Source of the DNA: Candidatus Kaiserbacteria bacterium | GTDB taxonomy: Bacteria; Patescibacteriota; Minisyncoccia; Phycocordibacterales; UBA2100 | Length of the DNA: 64,000 nucleotides | Direction: 5' to 3' | Assembly (NCBI GenBank): GCA_016432285.1 | Contig: CP066682.1 | Span: 15,026-79,025, forward strand | Shown here: piece after piece, positions 11,574 to 22,059 of the stretch | Layout of the letters: each line of letters opens with the position of its first letter | How positions within the stretch are numbered: position 1 is the stretch's first letter | Notes under the pieces: model-generated | Databases searched by the model: none | The model's input: only the letters and a program-made list of their open reading frames with translations | Told to the model about the DNA's origin: nothing | Made by a program: the position numbers and the translations under genes

Positions 11574-12092
11574 CTATTCGGCGGTAATGTCCTGAAGTGC
11601 CTTGTCGAGCTCCTCTTCCGAAACGGGCGCAGCCTGCTCTTCCGTGCGGCGCGGCGTCGACTTGATCGTATCGGTGCGCTTCACCTCACGCAGCGTCGGT
11701 GCCTTGTACTTCGCGCGCGTGTCCTCGCGGACGGTGCGGAAGAGAATGAAGCGGATCACGTCTTTGCTCTGCTTCAGCGCGCTTTCGAGCGCCTTTGCGG
11801 CCGCGACGCTCCCCTCAAACTTGATCCAGCCGAAGTACCCGCGGTCGTACTCGACCCGCTTTCCGGCTTCGCGCCCTTCAATCGCGTACGAAAAGCGCGT
11901 CATCGAAGGCGCTCCTTCGGCGATGAATGAGCCCCCTTCTTTTTCGATGCGGGAGCGCACGCCACCGACCACTTTTTCGATGTCTTCCTCTTTGACTGAA
12001 GGGGCGATGTGGTATCCGACCTCGTAGATGCGCGAAACGGCGACGTCGTTTTCCGCGTCGTTTTCGATCGTCGAGACTTCGTTCTCCGTCAT
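11574..12092 (-). CDS. rpsF: 30S ribosomal protein S6
   Basis: YEVGY, FSYAI, GYF and VIRF motifs; rpsF-ssb-rpsR synteny. Confidence 0.9.
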   Translation of the reverse strand: MTENEVSTIENDAENDVAVSRIYEVGYHIAPSVKEEDIEKVVGGVRSRIEKEGGSFIAEGAPSMTRFSYAIEGREAGKRVEYDRGYFGWIKFEGSVAAAKALESALKQSKDVIRFILFRTVREDTRAKYKAPTLREVKRTDTIKSTPRRTEEQAAPVSEEELDKALQDITAE

Positions 12093-12133
12093 ATGTCGCG
12101 GCACTTTAGCACGGGAGGCAGCCCCGAGGCAAG

Positions 12134-12964
12134 CTACGGGAGGCCGAAAACACGCCGCGCATTGGCGACAAGCTGTATCGCGACTTTCTCCTCATCCTCC
12201 GCCCGAATCCGTGCGATCGCACGCACGACTTCCGCCACGTACGAGGGCTCGTTGCGCTTACCGCGATGCGGCACGGGGGTTACGTAGGGAGCGTCGGTCT
12301 CCGAGAGGAGCATGTCGAGGGGAGCGCTCCTCACGACTTCGTCGTAATCGTGCGTGAAAGTGAGCACGCCGGTAAAAGAGAGCGTGAACCCGAAATCAAC
12401 GAACTTCTTCCCCACCTCCCAATTGCCTGCAAAAAAGTGCGTGTCCCCTTTCACCTTCGAGTGCGCTTTCAGTATCTCAAGAGCATCTTCGTACGCGTCG
12501 CGGCCGTCGGAGGGGCGGATGTGGAGCATGAGCGCCTTCCCGAGCACATTTGCGAGTTCGATGTGTTCGATAAACACCTCTTTCTGCAATTCCTTCGAGC
12601 TCTCGTCGCAGCGGTAGTAATCGAGTCCGCACTCCCCGACCGCGATCACCTTTTTGTGCTTCCCGAGCTCCGCGTACTTTGATGCATCGAAGTGCTCGCC
12701 GCGCGAGGTAAAGGCCTTGCCGCCCTCCCCCAACTCTTTTTCATCGTGGTACGACTTCGCGGTGTGAATGGGGTGCAGCCCTATCGTGGCATACACGTTG
12801 TCGTACTGCTCGGCGAGGGCAACGGCCGCGGCCGACGTGTCGTACTGCGTGCCGACCACGTTCATTCCCACCCCAGCGGCCTTCGCGCGCGCGATCACCT
12901 CCTGCCGATCGCTCTCATATGCGGCAAAATTCGTATGCGTATGTGCGTCGAAGTATTTAAACAT
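12134..12964 (-). CDS. tatD: TatD family nuclease
   Basis: DAHTH, GLHP, GECGLDY, ETDAPY and RGKRNEP motifs. Confidence 0.95.
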   Translation of the reverse strand: MFKYFDAHTHTNFAAYESDRQEVIARAKAAGVGMNVVGTQYDTSAAAVALAEQYDNVYATIGLHPIHTAKSYHDEKELGEGGKAFTSRGEHFDASKYAELGKHKKVIAVGECGLDYYRCDESSKELQKEVFIEHIELANVLGKALMLHIRPSDGRDAYEDALEILKAHSKVKGDTHFFAGNWEVGKKFVDFGFTLSFTGVLTFTHDYDEVVRSAPLDMLLSETDAPYVTPVPHRGKRNEPSYVAEVVRAIARIRAEDEEKVAIQLVANARRVFGLP

Positions 12965-12985
12965 TCTAGTATCCTACAAATAAAC

Positions 12986-13013
12986 GGGTGGACGAGCGAG
13001 AGCCCATCCACCC
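12986..13013 (-). terminator. Hairpin terminator after the small Cys-rich gene
   Basis: GGGTGGA...TCCACCC inverted repeat followed by T-rich sequence on the minus strand. Confidence 0.55.
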
Positions 13014-13030
13014 TTCTTCAGGCCGCTTCT

Positions 13031-13306
13031 TCAGCCGGTTATCGTCCCGACAAAGCAGCCGGCAACGCCGATGTTGCAGCACTGGCAGCCAGACCCGATG
13101 CCCCAGCTATACGGGACGACGCACCAGTTGACTTGCGTCTGGCAGATCCAACTGACGCCGGGCTGCCGTTTCGGTACCGGTGTGAACGGTGCCGTCGGAG
13201 ACGCCTTCGAATAATTCGCCTTCGTGATCTCGAACGCCTGAGTCGGCGTCACAGACACGGAAGCGAGAAGCGTAGCCGCAAGCAATGCGGACACGGTACG
13301 TTTCAT
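13031..13306 (-). CDS. Small secreted Cys-rich peptide
   Basis: Sec signal peptide (TQA-F), six Cys in the C-terminal 40 aa, and a strong GGGAGGAG RBS. Confidence 0.75.
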   Translation of the reverse strand: MKRTVSALLAATLLASVSVTPTQAFEITKANYSKASPTAPFTPVPKRQPGVSWICQTQVNWCVVPYSWGIGSGCQCCNIGVAGCFVGTITG

Positions 13307-13403
13307 GTGGTCTCCTCCCTAGGAACAATGAGCTCACCGACAATCGGCCGCCCACGGTCCACCCAGAATCTAATCAGATTCATTAAGAATGTCCACGGTC
13401 TAT

Positions 13404-16178
13404 TTATTGGCTCCGATTGTACGCGGCGATGAGATCGGCCGTGCTATTACGATGCGGCAGCTGGTACGATCTCCAGCGCTCTTTCAGGTCCTCCGCTCCC
13501 TTTGCAAACGAGCTGTCGAGGCGCGTCTGCACACCCTGCCAATCGATCGCGCCGTCCCGGAGGAGAGTGGAATCCACCTCTGCAAGGAGCGTATCGTTGA
13601 CGCGCATGGTCCCGACGCCGCGCGTCGCCATCACTTGCGCCCTGGGCGATTTTTTGAGCACTTCGGAGATATTCTTCACGCCGCCGCATGAGCCGAGGTT
13701 GACCAGCGCCACGCTTTCGTCGAGCAGTCCGATGGTCTTGTTGGCATGGTAGCTGTGCCCGCGGTGCACAATGACCTGCGGCTTTTCCGACTGCTTCAAG
13801 CGCTCGTTCACTTCGAGCACGGTCTTGTCATTGCGATCGGGCTTATTGGCAAAAATGCGAATCGCGCGCTTGCCGTTGGCGCTCTTTTTTTCGATCACGA
13901 TATACTCGCCGCGATCCTCGAGGCCGATCCCCTTTCGCACCGACACCTTCTTGATCGCGCCGTCTGAGCTCCACTGCACGTCACCACCGAGCGTGCGTAT
14001 GAAGTTTCTGAACGACTGGTGTCCGTCCCACGCCGCTTCCGGCTTCCCGTCTCCTCGGTCGTCATAAAAGGCGTGTAGCTGCACATTCAATTCACGACCT
14101 CCCTCCATGCGAAAGCTCGCGGCGCTATCAAGCTTACTCATCGGCTGAAAGAATTCCTTGTACGATGCGACGCTCTCCTTCGCCCATTCTGGAACGTCAG
14201 ACCTGCTGCGAAATATCTCTGCGACGAGGACGCCCGCCGTCGGATCGCTGCGCTTGAGGAAGCCTTGCAGCGAATTGATCACGAACTGCTGAATCGGCTG
14301 GTTTTTGGTCGCGTGCACGAGCTCGTCGATGGTGATGGCCTGCCCCTGGGAAAGCGTACCCGATCCTTCAAAAAGAAACTTCGTGAGCGTGCGCTGCTGC
14401 GTGTCAGCGTCGCCAAGGTCGGCAAGAAATGTATCGAGCAGATCGTTCTGCGAGAGCACCTCAAGAAAGGTGCCGAACGCGCGCTGGCTCGGGTTTGCGC
14501 GCTGTAGAAAGTCAGAAAGAGAGCCGGATTGCTGCACCTTGGCCATAAACGAGTACTCTCGCTCGCGTCCTGTATATCCGTTGCCGTTGTACATGAGTCG
14601 GAAGGACGAAAGGTACGCGTCTGCACCGACGCGCGTCATCATGTCGAAGAGCATCCCCGCATCCGCCCCCTCCAGCTCCTGGAGCCTTTTGCTGGGAGAG
14701 GCGTCGTGCAATTCGTTCATGTTCCACAGTCGTGTGTAGTAGACGGTCGATGCGCGCTCGCGGAGAATCTCACCGATCGCACCTGTGGAATTTTGGCTCA
14801 TGAGTGCTCCGAATTGCCCGAGGGAAAGTTCGACGAGATCCCCCACTTTTTTACCCAGGCGATCCCAGAGGAGCACGTCATCGGCTTCGCGTGCCGCCGC
14901 ATACCCGCTCACGTATCCGACGTCCCGTGACGCTCGCACGGCAGTTTCAAATTCGCGCAGGTACTCCAGATCTCCGAGACGGCCCCGGGTGAGCGCGGGC
15001 AACGCGGAGAGCATGCGTTCATCGTCTCGATACCTCTGCACGAGATTGCTGGCAGCAGACCACGAAGCCGAGTCGGAGGCGTAGTCGCGCAAAAAAAGCA
15101 TCGTTTCTGACAGTCGCTTTTGCGGCACGCCGTCGAGCGTCTGCTTGAAATCGCTGCGGACGAGCATCGGTGCAAATCGTACGAGATCGAAGCCACCTAT
15201 GCGCTGTAGACTCCTCAAATGCAGCGCGTTTTGCACGAAGTCCGGCGAACGGTACGCGCTCGAGGGCAGTCCGATGATTCCGTGCAAAGCCACAACACCT
15301 TGCGCGTGCAAAGCCGTGATGGCATCGACGAAGGCGGGATCACTCATTTTCGATTCAAAATCGCGCCGATCGCTCGGCGCGGACTCATACGGGGTAATGG
15401 TCGATAAGCTGATCCCGGCCTTCGCAGCTCGGGCGATCCCTTCGACGAACGCAGGGTTCGCGAGTGACGCTGAGCCGATGCGCTTTTTCTTTAACTCGTA
15501 GAGCAGATCTGTCCCTATTGAGATCTCCGGCCCGCGCGACACCGCCGCATCGAAAAGTTGCTTGAAATTTGGCGTCTCCTCCTCGGCGTCCAAGAGGGCG
15601 TTGAAATCTTTTATATCGAGGGAGCCCCTGATCGACTGGTACTTTGCCGGCATCTCCGTAAGGCCCGGTCGATCATACCGATAGCCAGGATTTTCCTTCA
15701 GGTCAGCAGGCATGAGGATGTTCTCCTTGCGTAGCTCCGCCGGAATACGCCCGAGAAGTCTCCTTAGTGCCGCATGGTCTTCTATCGTTTGTATCGGAGC
15801 CTGCATGTCAAACCGGGAGATGTCGCCGCCATACTCCCGAATGATTGAGAGGCCACGGAGAAAGCCCTTGCTTCGCAGTGCAGTTTCGCGCTGAAGAAAA
15901 TCTTTTTTCTCCCTCTCAACCCATGCCTCCCCGGGAGACCGCTTTTCTAGTCGCTGCACATACGCGCGCCCCGCGTCAAGGTCCTTTTCGTAAATCTTCC
16001 GTACGCTGTCGAGATCTTCAAGCCCCTTCTCGGCACTTGCGAGGGTTACCGTATTCTGCTCGGGCACTTGTCCGACGGCTGGGGATGCGGTGGCCACCAT
16101 AAAAGCCGCGACCGCCGACTTGAGGTTGAGCCGGTTGTGTTTTCGCTTACTAAGACCGCCTTCGGGTCCAGAAGACAT
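13404..16178 (-). CDS. Large secreted protein with a C-terminal caspase/CHAT-like His-Cys domain
   Basis: 924 aa with a signal-like N-terminus, VIVHRGHSYH and LVNLGSCGG. Confidence 0.65.
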   Translation of the reverse strand: MSSGPEGGLSKRKHNRLNLKSAVAAFMVATASPAVGQVPEQNTVTLASAEKGLEDLDSVRKIYEKDLDAGRAYVQRLEKRSPGEAWVEREKKDFLQRETALRSKGFLRGLSIIREYGGDISRFDMQAPIQTIEDHAALRRLLGRIPAELRKENILMPADLKENPGYRYDRPGLTEMPAKYQSIRGSLDIKDFNALLDAEEETPNFKQLFDAAVSRGPEISIGTDLLYELKKKRIGSASLANPAFVEGIARAAKAGISLSTITPYESAPSDRRDFESKMSDPAFVDAITALHAQGVVALHGIIGLPSSAYRSPDFVQNALHLRSLQRIGGFDLVRFAPMLVRSDFKQTLDGVPQKRLSETMLFLRDYASDSASWSAASNLVQRYRDDERMLSALPALTRGRLGDLEYLREFETAVRASRDVGYVSGYAAAREADDVLLWDRLGKKVGDLVELSLGQFGALMSQNSTGAIGEILRERASTVYYTRLWNMNELHDASPSKRLQELEGADAGMLFDMMTRVGADAYLSSFRLMYNGNGYTGREREYSFMAKVQQSGSLSDFLQRANPSQRAFGTFLEVLSQNDLLDTFLADLGDADTQQRTLTKFLFEGSGTLSQGQAITIDELVHATKNQPIQQFVINSLQGFLKRSDPTAGVLVAEIFRSRSDVPEWAKESVASYKEFFQPMSKLDSAASFRMEGGRELNVQLHAFYDDRGDGKPEAAWDGHQSFRNFIRTLGGDVQWSSDGAIKKVSVRKGIGLEDRGEYIVIEKKSANGKRAIRIFANKPDRNDKTVLEVNERLKQSEKPQVIVHRGHSYHANKTIGLLDESVALVNLGSCGGVKNISEVLKKSPRAQVMATRGVGTMRVNDTLLAEVDSTLLRDGAIDWQGVQTRLDSSFAKGAEDLKERWRSYQLPHRNSTADLIAAYNRSQ

Positions 16179-16201
16179 GTGAAAAGTGTATCACCCGTGC
16201 T

Positions 16202-17635
16202 TTATTTCTTCCGCGGGAACAGATTCTCGGGCTTTTTGTTGGCCACTATCGCTTCGATGATCTTCCGAGACGTCTCCGGCATACATGGCTCAAGCAGGAG
16301 GTCGACAAACGCGAGTTCGCGCACCATTTCAGTGATGAGTTGCTTACCTTTTTCAGGGTCGGTCTTTACGAGCTTAAACGGTTCCATCTGATTGATCTTT
16401 TGATCGAGCGCCTGGATCCGGCTCCACACGTATTCGAGCGCGGCGTTGGTTTCGTACCGCGTGAGAGCGGACGTGTATTCCTCGGGGTACGGTTTCATTT
16501 CTACCGCCACGGGACCTCCGAGATTCGTTTGCGCGAGCTGCATCACGCGTGCCGCGAGATTTCCGATACCGTTCGCGAGATCCGCGTTGTAGGCATCTGT
16601 GAAGCGCTCCATCGTGAAATCGGAATCTTCGAAAGGGTGGACGTGGCGCGCCAGAAAGTAACGCACCGCATCGGTGCCGTACTGCTCCACCAAGGCGATC
16701 GGATCGATCACGTTGCCGATCGATTTCGACATTTTCTGCCCGCCCGAAGTTATGAAGCCATGGTAGAGAATCTGCTTTGTAGTGGAAAGATCTGCGGACA
16801 TGAGCATGGCTTGCCACATGATCGACTGGAATCGCACCTGGTCCTTGCCAGCGAGCTGGAGCGTGAATCCGTCTGTCCAGAATTTCTTGAAATTGCCCGC
16901 CTCGTCCTCTGGCCAGCCGAGCGTCGAGATGTAGTTGGTCAGAGCGTCAAACCACACGTACATCACCTGCGAATCATCATCCGGCACCGGGACGCCCCAC
17001 GAAAGGCGCGATTTTTCGCGCGAGACGCTAAAATCCTCGAGGCCATCTCGGACAAATTTCAGGGCCTCTCCCCGCCGCCACTCCGGCACGATGACGCCCT
17101 CTTTCGAGAGATATGCTTCGAGTTGCTTCTGGTACTTCGTGAGCTTGAAGAAATAATTTTCTTCCTCGACCTCTTGCGGCACCAGATTCGGGTGATTCGG
17201 GCAGCGGCCCTGCACCAAGTCGCTCTCCCGGAGGAACATCTCGTCTCCGACGCAGTAGAGGCCTTTGTACTTTTTCTTGTAGATATCGCCCTTCGCGAGG
17301 CAGCGGCGCCAGATTTCCTGCGCAGCGGCCTTGTGGTGTGCGTCCGACGTGCGGATGAAATGGAGATCGTCGGAGAGTCCGAGCGTGCCCTTGAGGGAGC
17401 GGAACTTCGCGGCGTACTCGTCGACGTACGCCTGCGGATCTTTCCCCTCCTCGGACGCGCGCTGAAAAATCTTTTGCCCGTGCTCATCGGTACCGGTGTT
17501 GAAAAAGACCTCGTCCCCGAGGAGCTTGCGGTAGCGCGCGATGATGTCGGCTGTTACGAGCTCAAATGCAAAACCGATGTGCGGATCGGCGTTGACGTAC
17601 GGCAGTGTCGTCGTGAGGTACAAATGTTTACCCAT
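16202..17635 (-). CDS. metG: Methionine--tRNA ligase (short form)
   Basis: PYVNADPHIGF, GTDEHG, YVWFDAL and KMSKS motifs. Confidence 0.97.
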   Translation of the reverse strand: MGKHLYLTTTLPYVNADPHIGFAFELVTADIIARYRKLLGDEVFFNTGTDEHGQKIFQRASEEGKDPQAYVDEYAAKFRSLKGTLGLSDDLHFIRTSDAHHKAAAQEIWRRCLAKGDIYKKKYKGLYCVGDEMFLRESDLVQGRCPNHPNLVPQEVEEENYFFKLTKYQKQLEAYLSKEGVIVPEWRRGEALKFVRDGLEDFSVSREKSRLSWGVPVPDDDSQVMYVWFDALTNYISTLGWPEDEAGNFKKFWTDGFTLQLAGKDQVRFQSIMWQAMLMSADLSTTKQILYHGFITSGGQKMSKSIGNVIDPIALVEQYGTDAVRYFLARHVHPFEDSDFTMERFTDAYNADLANGIGNLAARVMQLAQTNLGGPVAVEMKPYPEEYTSALTRYETNAALEYVWSRIQALDQKINQMEPFKLVKTDPEKGKQLITEMVRELAFVDLLLEPCMPETSRKIIEAIVANKKPENLFPRKK

Positions 17636-18701
17636 GCGCTCTTCGTACCACTTCGCCCGTAAACGCTTTCTCCTCCTGCCAGTCGCGCACGAACTCCTGG
17701 ATGACTGCCGCCACCGGCACCGAAAGCAGAATGCCCAAGAAGCCAGCGAGCTCGGCACCGATGATGAGCGCGAGGATCACGAGAAGAGGCGGCACGCCCA
17801 CCACGCGAGTCACGACGAGCGGGTAGATGAGATGATTTTCAAACTGCTGGAGCAGTACGTACACGATGATTACCGTAACCCCCTTGATGGCGCCGCCGTC
17901 GGCGAAGGCAATCAAGACGGCGGGGAGCGCCGCGAGTGTGGGACCGAAGACAGGGATGAGCTCGAAGACTGCGGCAACGACCGCGAGAAGGAGCGCGTGC
18001 TTGATGCCGAAGATGGTGAGGAGGAGGTACACCAAGACGCCGATCAAGACCGCAAGCAGGAGCTGCCCCTGCATCCAGAGCGCGATTTTCTGGCGGGAGC
18101 GGCTCCAGAGATCGAGCACGTAGCTTCGGTGTTGCTTAGGGACGATGATCTGCAAAAAGTCGTCGACGCCTGTTTCGATTACCGCGAAGTAGAATGAGAA
18201 GACGATGATGAGGAGGAACGACAGCAGGCCGCCGAAAATGCTGGCGATCGCCGTGAGCGCGTTGCCAAAGACGCCGCTCTCCCCGAGGGAGTCACGTATG
18301 CTCGCGAGCAGATTCTCGGTCGAGACGGTCGGAGGTTCGATGCCGATGATACTCGCGTATTGATCAAAAGCACTGATTTGGTTGAAGGAGTCGATGTACG
18401 AGGGCACCGAGGAGAGGAAGGCCGCAAACTCGGAAAAGACGGTGGGGACGAAGAAGAAAAAGAGACCGAAGAAAAGCCCAAGCACCACGATATAGACGAG
18501 AAGTACGGAAAGTACACGTGGCACTTTGTACCGCCTGACACGCGCAACTGCCGGCTCCAGCGCGGAAGCAATAACGACCGCCGTGATCAAGATGAGCACG
18601 AGGTCCCGGAGCTCAAAAAGGAGCCACGCCCCGGCAAGTACGAGGAGTGCCTTTATGACCGTACCCGTCGTAATCGAGATCGAAAGGGGGCGATCGCTCA
18701 T
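17628..18701 (-). CDS. AI-2E family transporter
   Basis: Multiple TM helices, IPVFGP, QQFENHLIYP and GFLGILLSVP. Confidence 0.93.
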   Translation of the reverse strand: MSDRPLSISITTGTVIKALLVLAGAWLLFELRDLVLILITAVVIASALEPAVARVRRYKVPRVLSVLLVYIVVLGLFFGLFFFFVPTVFSEFAAFLSSVPSYIDSFNQISAFDQYASIIGIEPPTVSTENLLASIRDSLGESGVFGNALTAIASIFGGLLSFLLIIVFSFYFAVIETGVDDFLQIIVPKQHRSYVLDLWSRSRQKIALWMQGQLLLAVLIGVLVYLLLTIFGIKHALLLAVVAAVFELIPVFGPTLAALPAVLIAFADGGAIKGVTVIIVYVLLQQFENHLIYPLVVTRVVGVPPLLVILALIIGAELAGFLGILLSVPVAAVIQEFVRDWQEEKAFTGEVVRRAHG

Positions 18702-18746
18702 ACGGGGCATCGTAGCACGAGTACCATCTTCATTACACGTGAAGAT

Positions 18747-20039
18747 TCAGGAAGCCAGCTTCTCGAGAAGCTTCCCGATCGGCAGGCGCTCCTGCTTCCC
18801 TGTATCGCGATCACGAAGCGTTACGGTGTCGTCTTGAAGCGTATCGAAGTCGATCGTAACGCAGTACGGAGTTCCGATTTCGTCCTGCCTGCGGTATCGC
18901 TTGCCGATATTGCCGTTGTCGTCCCACATGGTCTGCGGCATCATCTTTTTGAGAATCGTGTACACCTCCCGCGCCTTTTTGACGAGCTCGGGCTTGTTTT
19001 TGAGAAGCGGAAACACCGCCACCTTCACGGGAGCGACGGCACGATTCAGTTTGAGATACGTGCGCGTCTCCCCACCCATTTCATCTTCCGTGTAGGCCGA
19101 GAGGAGCAGCGCGAGCACTGTGCGCTCGAGTCCGAACGACGGTTCGATCACGTGCGGCACGAAGCGCTCTTTCGTCTCCTCGTCGAGGTACGAGAGGTCG
19201 ACGCCGGAGGCGGCAGCGTGCGCCTTCAGATCGAAGTCGGTGCGGTACGCGAGACCGTAGAGCTCTTTGCGGCCAAACGGGAAATCAAACTCGAAGTCGA
19301 TCGTGCGCTCCGAATAGTGCGCGCGCTCTCCGTCAGGCACCTCCAGCTCGTGCACGAGCTCGCGCGAAATCCCGACGGCGTCGAGGTAGCGGTACACTTC
19401 TCCTTTCCACGCCTCGAAGTGCGTCTGCCAATCCGCAGGCTTCACAAAATACTCGATCTCCATCTGCTCAAGCTCCCGCACGCGAAAAATAAAATCGCGC
19501 GGCGCGATCTCGTTGCGGAAGGCTTTGCCGATCTGCGCGATCCCGAAGGGAAGCTTCGGGTGCTGAGAGTCGACGACATTTTTGAAATTGACGAAAATGC
19601 CGCCGGCGGTCTCGGGCCGGAGGTAGGTAGTCGCGGCGACTCCGTCGGTCGCGCCGACCTCCGTCTTGAACATCATATTGAATTGCCGCACCGCCCCAAA
19701 GGAGCCACCGCATTCGGGACATTCCTTCTCCACCTGGTCGGCGCGAAATCGTCGCTTGCATTTCTTGCATTCCACGAGCGGATCCTGAAAGCCTTCCACG
19801 TGCCCGCTCGCCTCCCATGCTTTCGCGTTCATGAGAATCGCGGCGTCCACGCCGTGCATATCTTCCCGCTCCTGCACGAACATGCGCCACCAGAGCGCTT
19901 TGACGTTGTTCTTCAGCTCCACCCCCAAGGGGCCGAAATCCCACGTGCCGGAGAGGCCACCGTAGATTTCGGATCCGGGGTAGATAAATCCGCGGCGCTT
20001 GCAGAGGGAGACGATCTTTTCCATCGATGGCTCGGCCAT
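18747..20039 (-). CDS. glyQS: Glycine--tRNA ligase, alpha2 type
   Basis: YLRPETA, FRNEIAPR, RAHYS, VIEPSFG and IGKRYRRQDEIGTP motifs. Confidence 0.97.
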   Translation of the reverse strand: MAEPSMEKIVSLCKRRGFIYPGSEIYGGLSGTWDFGPLGVELKNNVKALWWRMFVQEREDMHGVDAAILMNAKAWEASGHVEGFQDPLVECKKCKRRFRADQVEKECPECGGSFGAVRQFNMMFKTEVGATDGVAATTYLRPETAGGIFVNFKNVVDSQHPKLPFGIAQIGKAFRNEIAPRDFIFRVRELEQMEIEYFVKPADWQTHFEAWKGEVYRYLDAVGISRELVHELEVPDGERAHYSERTIDFEFDFPFGRKELYGLAYRTDFDLKAHAAASGVDLSYLDEETKERFVPHVIEPSFGLERTVLALLLSAYTEDEMGGETRTYLKLNRAVAPVKVAVFPLLKNKPELVKKAREVYTILKKMMPQTMWDDNGNIGKRYRRQDEIGTPYCVTIDFDTLQDDTVTLRDRDTGKQERLPIGKLLEKLAS

Positions 20040-20046
20040 AAAGGGA

Positions 20047-22047
20047 TCAGCGTACCACGGTCGCGCTCGAGGCGCTGAAACCGGGGTCGCCCACGATATT
20101 CGTCGTAACGTCGCGCACATCTTTCGATACCGCTTTCTTCGTCGCGTCGTCGATCCCCGTAAAGGTGATGTCCTGCAAGAGGATCGGCTCCTGCCCGATC
20201 TGGGAAGTGGAGGGCGTAAAGCCGATCGCGATCGCGGCCTGCCGCGGCTGCGTGCCGCCGAGTCCGACGCCCGGTTCGAGTGCACCCACGTCCCAGGTAA
20301 CGGTGCTGTCGGTCTGATTGAACGAGAGATTCTCGGATGATGGACTGTAGATGCCGACCCACCGCACGTACGGCGGCAGCGAGGCCCGGAGTTTACCACC
20401 CGTTACTTTGTTGGTGGTGTTCGTGAGGGTGAAAACGATCGCGTAGGTGGTTTCGGAGCCCGCCTTCGGAGGCATCGGGCCGCTCGAGCCGAACGGATTG
20501 GCGTAGTAAAGACCCTGCGCCGATACAGTCAGATCGCTCGCGACTGCGACGCGCTGCGAAGCGGTCGACTGAAGGTTTTGCGGCACGCCGCTTTCGGAAA
20601 GGCGCTTGCCGGCCGCATTGACCGTGATTGTGAGCGAGGGGTTGCGCACCTCCGCGAGTGCTTCGCTCGCGGGCATCTGGAAGGTGAACGAAACAGTGCC
20701 CTTGGCGCCAGCCGGAATGCTCGAGAGTACGCCGCCGGTCGTCGATTTGTCCCAGATCACCGAGTTGTCACTGGAGCGGAAGAAGCCGTCGATCGAATGC
20801 ACGCTCGTGCCGTCGATCGTAAGACCGGTGAGGCGTGCGACGATCACCGCATCGGTAACCGCCACGCCGAGATTGTTCTGCCACGAAACGACCACATTCA
20901 CGTTTTCCTTCGGCGCGACGACAGCCCCCGTGCCGCTCACCTTGTTGACCGCAACCCCGAGCCCGAGGAAGGCGTCGGAGACGCGCAGCTTGAATGCGTT
21001 TTCGGAAAGGGCGGTCGCGATTTCCCCCTCGCTCGGACTTTTTCGCGTACCGAGCGTGACGCGAAAGACGCGCTCGTCGCCGCTCTCGCCGGTGAGTGTG
21101 CCGCGAAGCACGATCTCCTTTTTCTGCCCCGGCGCGAAATCGCCGAGCTCCCAGAAGCCGGGCTTTTTCGGCGACGGGTTTGCCGAGGTAAAGGTAAACC
21201 CGAACGGGTACGAGATCGAAACGAGCGCGTCTTTGATGATCGTGTTGGCGTTTGAGGCCGCGGTGATCCGCAGCTCCACCGGCTGTCCGGAAACGGTCTC
21301 TGTGTTTCCCTCCACCGTCAGCAGAATCGGCGAGGAGCTGAGAGAGGTGTGGTACTGCGACGAAGAAACGAAAATGGCGCTCGAGCCGCCGATGCGGTAC
21401 TCGAGATCGGCCTTGATCTCCACCTCTTTGCCGCTCTCGCCCGAGAAAACGGCCGAGACGGTGCCCTGCCGCGAGCCACCCGGCTCGATGCTCCCAAGGC
21501 AGATGCGCTGCTGCGGAAAATCATACGTCGGGTCTTTCGTGCCCTCCGGCCGTGAGCAGTTGAACTGCGTGAAATTACCCGATCCGACCGAGCGCGTGCC
21601 CTCCGGATACGTGATCACGAGATCCGCGAGCTGCAAGGCGGTGTTGTTGCGGTTGGTAACAGTGATCTGCAATTGCGTCGGCTCGCCGCCCGCGATCTGC
21701 GGCGGGCCAGAGACGATGATGTCGATGTTGCCGGGCGCAGCCGGAAGCGAGCCGCCGCCGACGAGAAAGTAGTATCCAAAGAATCCCGCGGCCGCCAAGA
21801 AGAAAACGATGGCGCCCCCGAGCACCCACCAGAGGGCGCGTCGCGCGAGATTGATCGTGCGCGGGGCAACGGTGGTCTGATCGACGCCTCGCTCCTCCTC
21901 ACGCCAATCCTCACCGACGATCGGGCGTATCTCGTCCATCGCACGGCGCGGACGCTCCTTGAGCTTTTCACTGAGCTGCCGCGAGTACATCGCGCGGCGC
22001 AAGCGCTCTATTTTCTCCTGTTCATGATCGGAGGCAGGCGGCTCCAT
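20047..22047 (-). CDS. Membrane-anchored protein with multiple Ig-like (DUF11-like) domains
   Basis: One TM helix followed by repeated beta-sandwich patterns (WELGDFAPG, WDVGALEPG). Confidence 0.75.
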   Translation of the reverse strand: MEPPASDHEQEKIERLRRAMYSRQLSEKLKERPRRAMDEIRPIVGEDWREEERGVDQTTVAPRTINLARRALWWVLGGAIVFFLAAAGFFGYYFLVGGGSLPAAPGNIDIIVSGPPQIAGGEPTQLQITVTNRNNTALQLADLVITYPEGTRSVGSGNFTQFNCSRPEGTKDPTYDFPQQRICLGSIEPGGSRQGTVSAVFSGESGKEVEIKADLEYRIGGSSAIFVSSSQYHTSLSSSPILLTVEGNTETVSGQPVELRITAASNANTIIKDALVSISYPFGFTFTSANPSPKKPGFWELGDFAPGQKKEIVLRGTLTGESGDERVFRVTLGTRKSPSEGEIATALSENAFKLRVSDAFLGLGVAVNKVSGTGAVVAPKENVNVVVSWQNNLGVAVTDAVIVARLTGLTIDGTSVHSIDGFFRSSDNSVIWDKSTTGGVLSSIPAGAKGTVSFTFQMPASEALAEVRNPSLTITVNAAGKRLSESGVPQNLQSTASQRVAVASDLTVSAQGLYYANPFGSSGPMPPKAGSETTYAIVFTLTNTTNKVTGGKLRASLPPYVRWVGIYSPSSENLSFNQTDSTVTWDVGALEPGVGLGGTQPRQAAIAIGFTPSTSQIGQEPILLQDITFTGIDDATKKAVSKDVRDVTTNIVGDPGFSASSATVVR

Positions 22048-22059
22048 GCGCGAATTATA

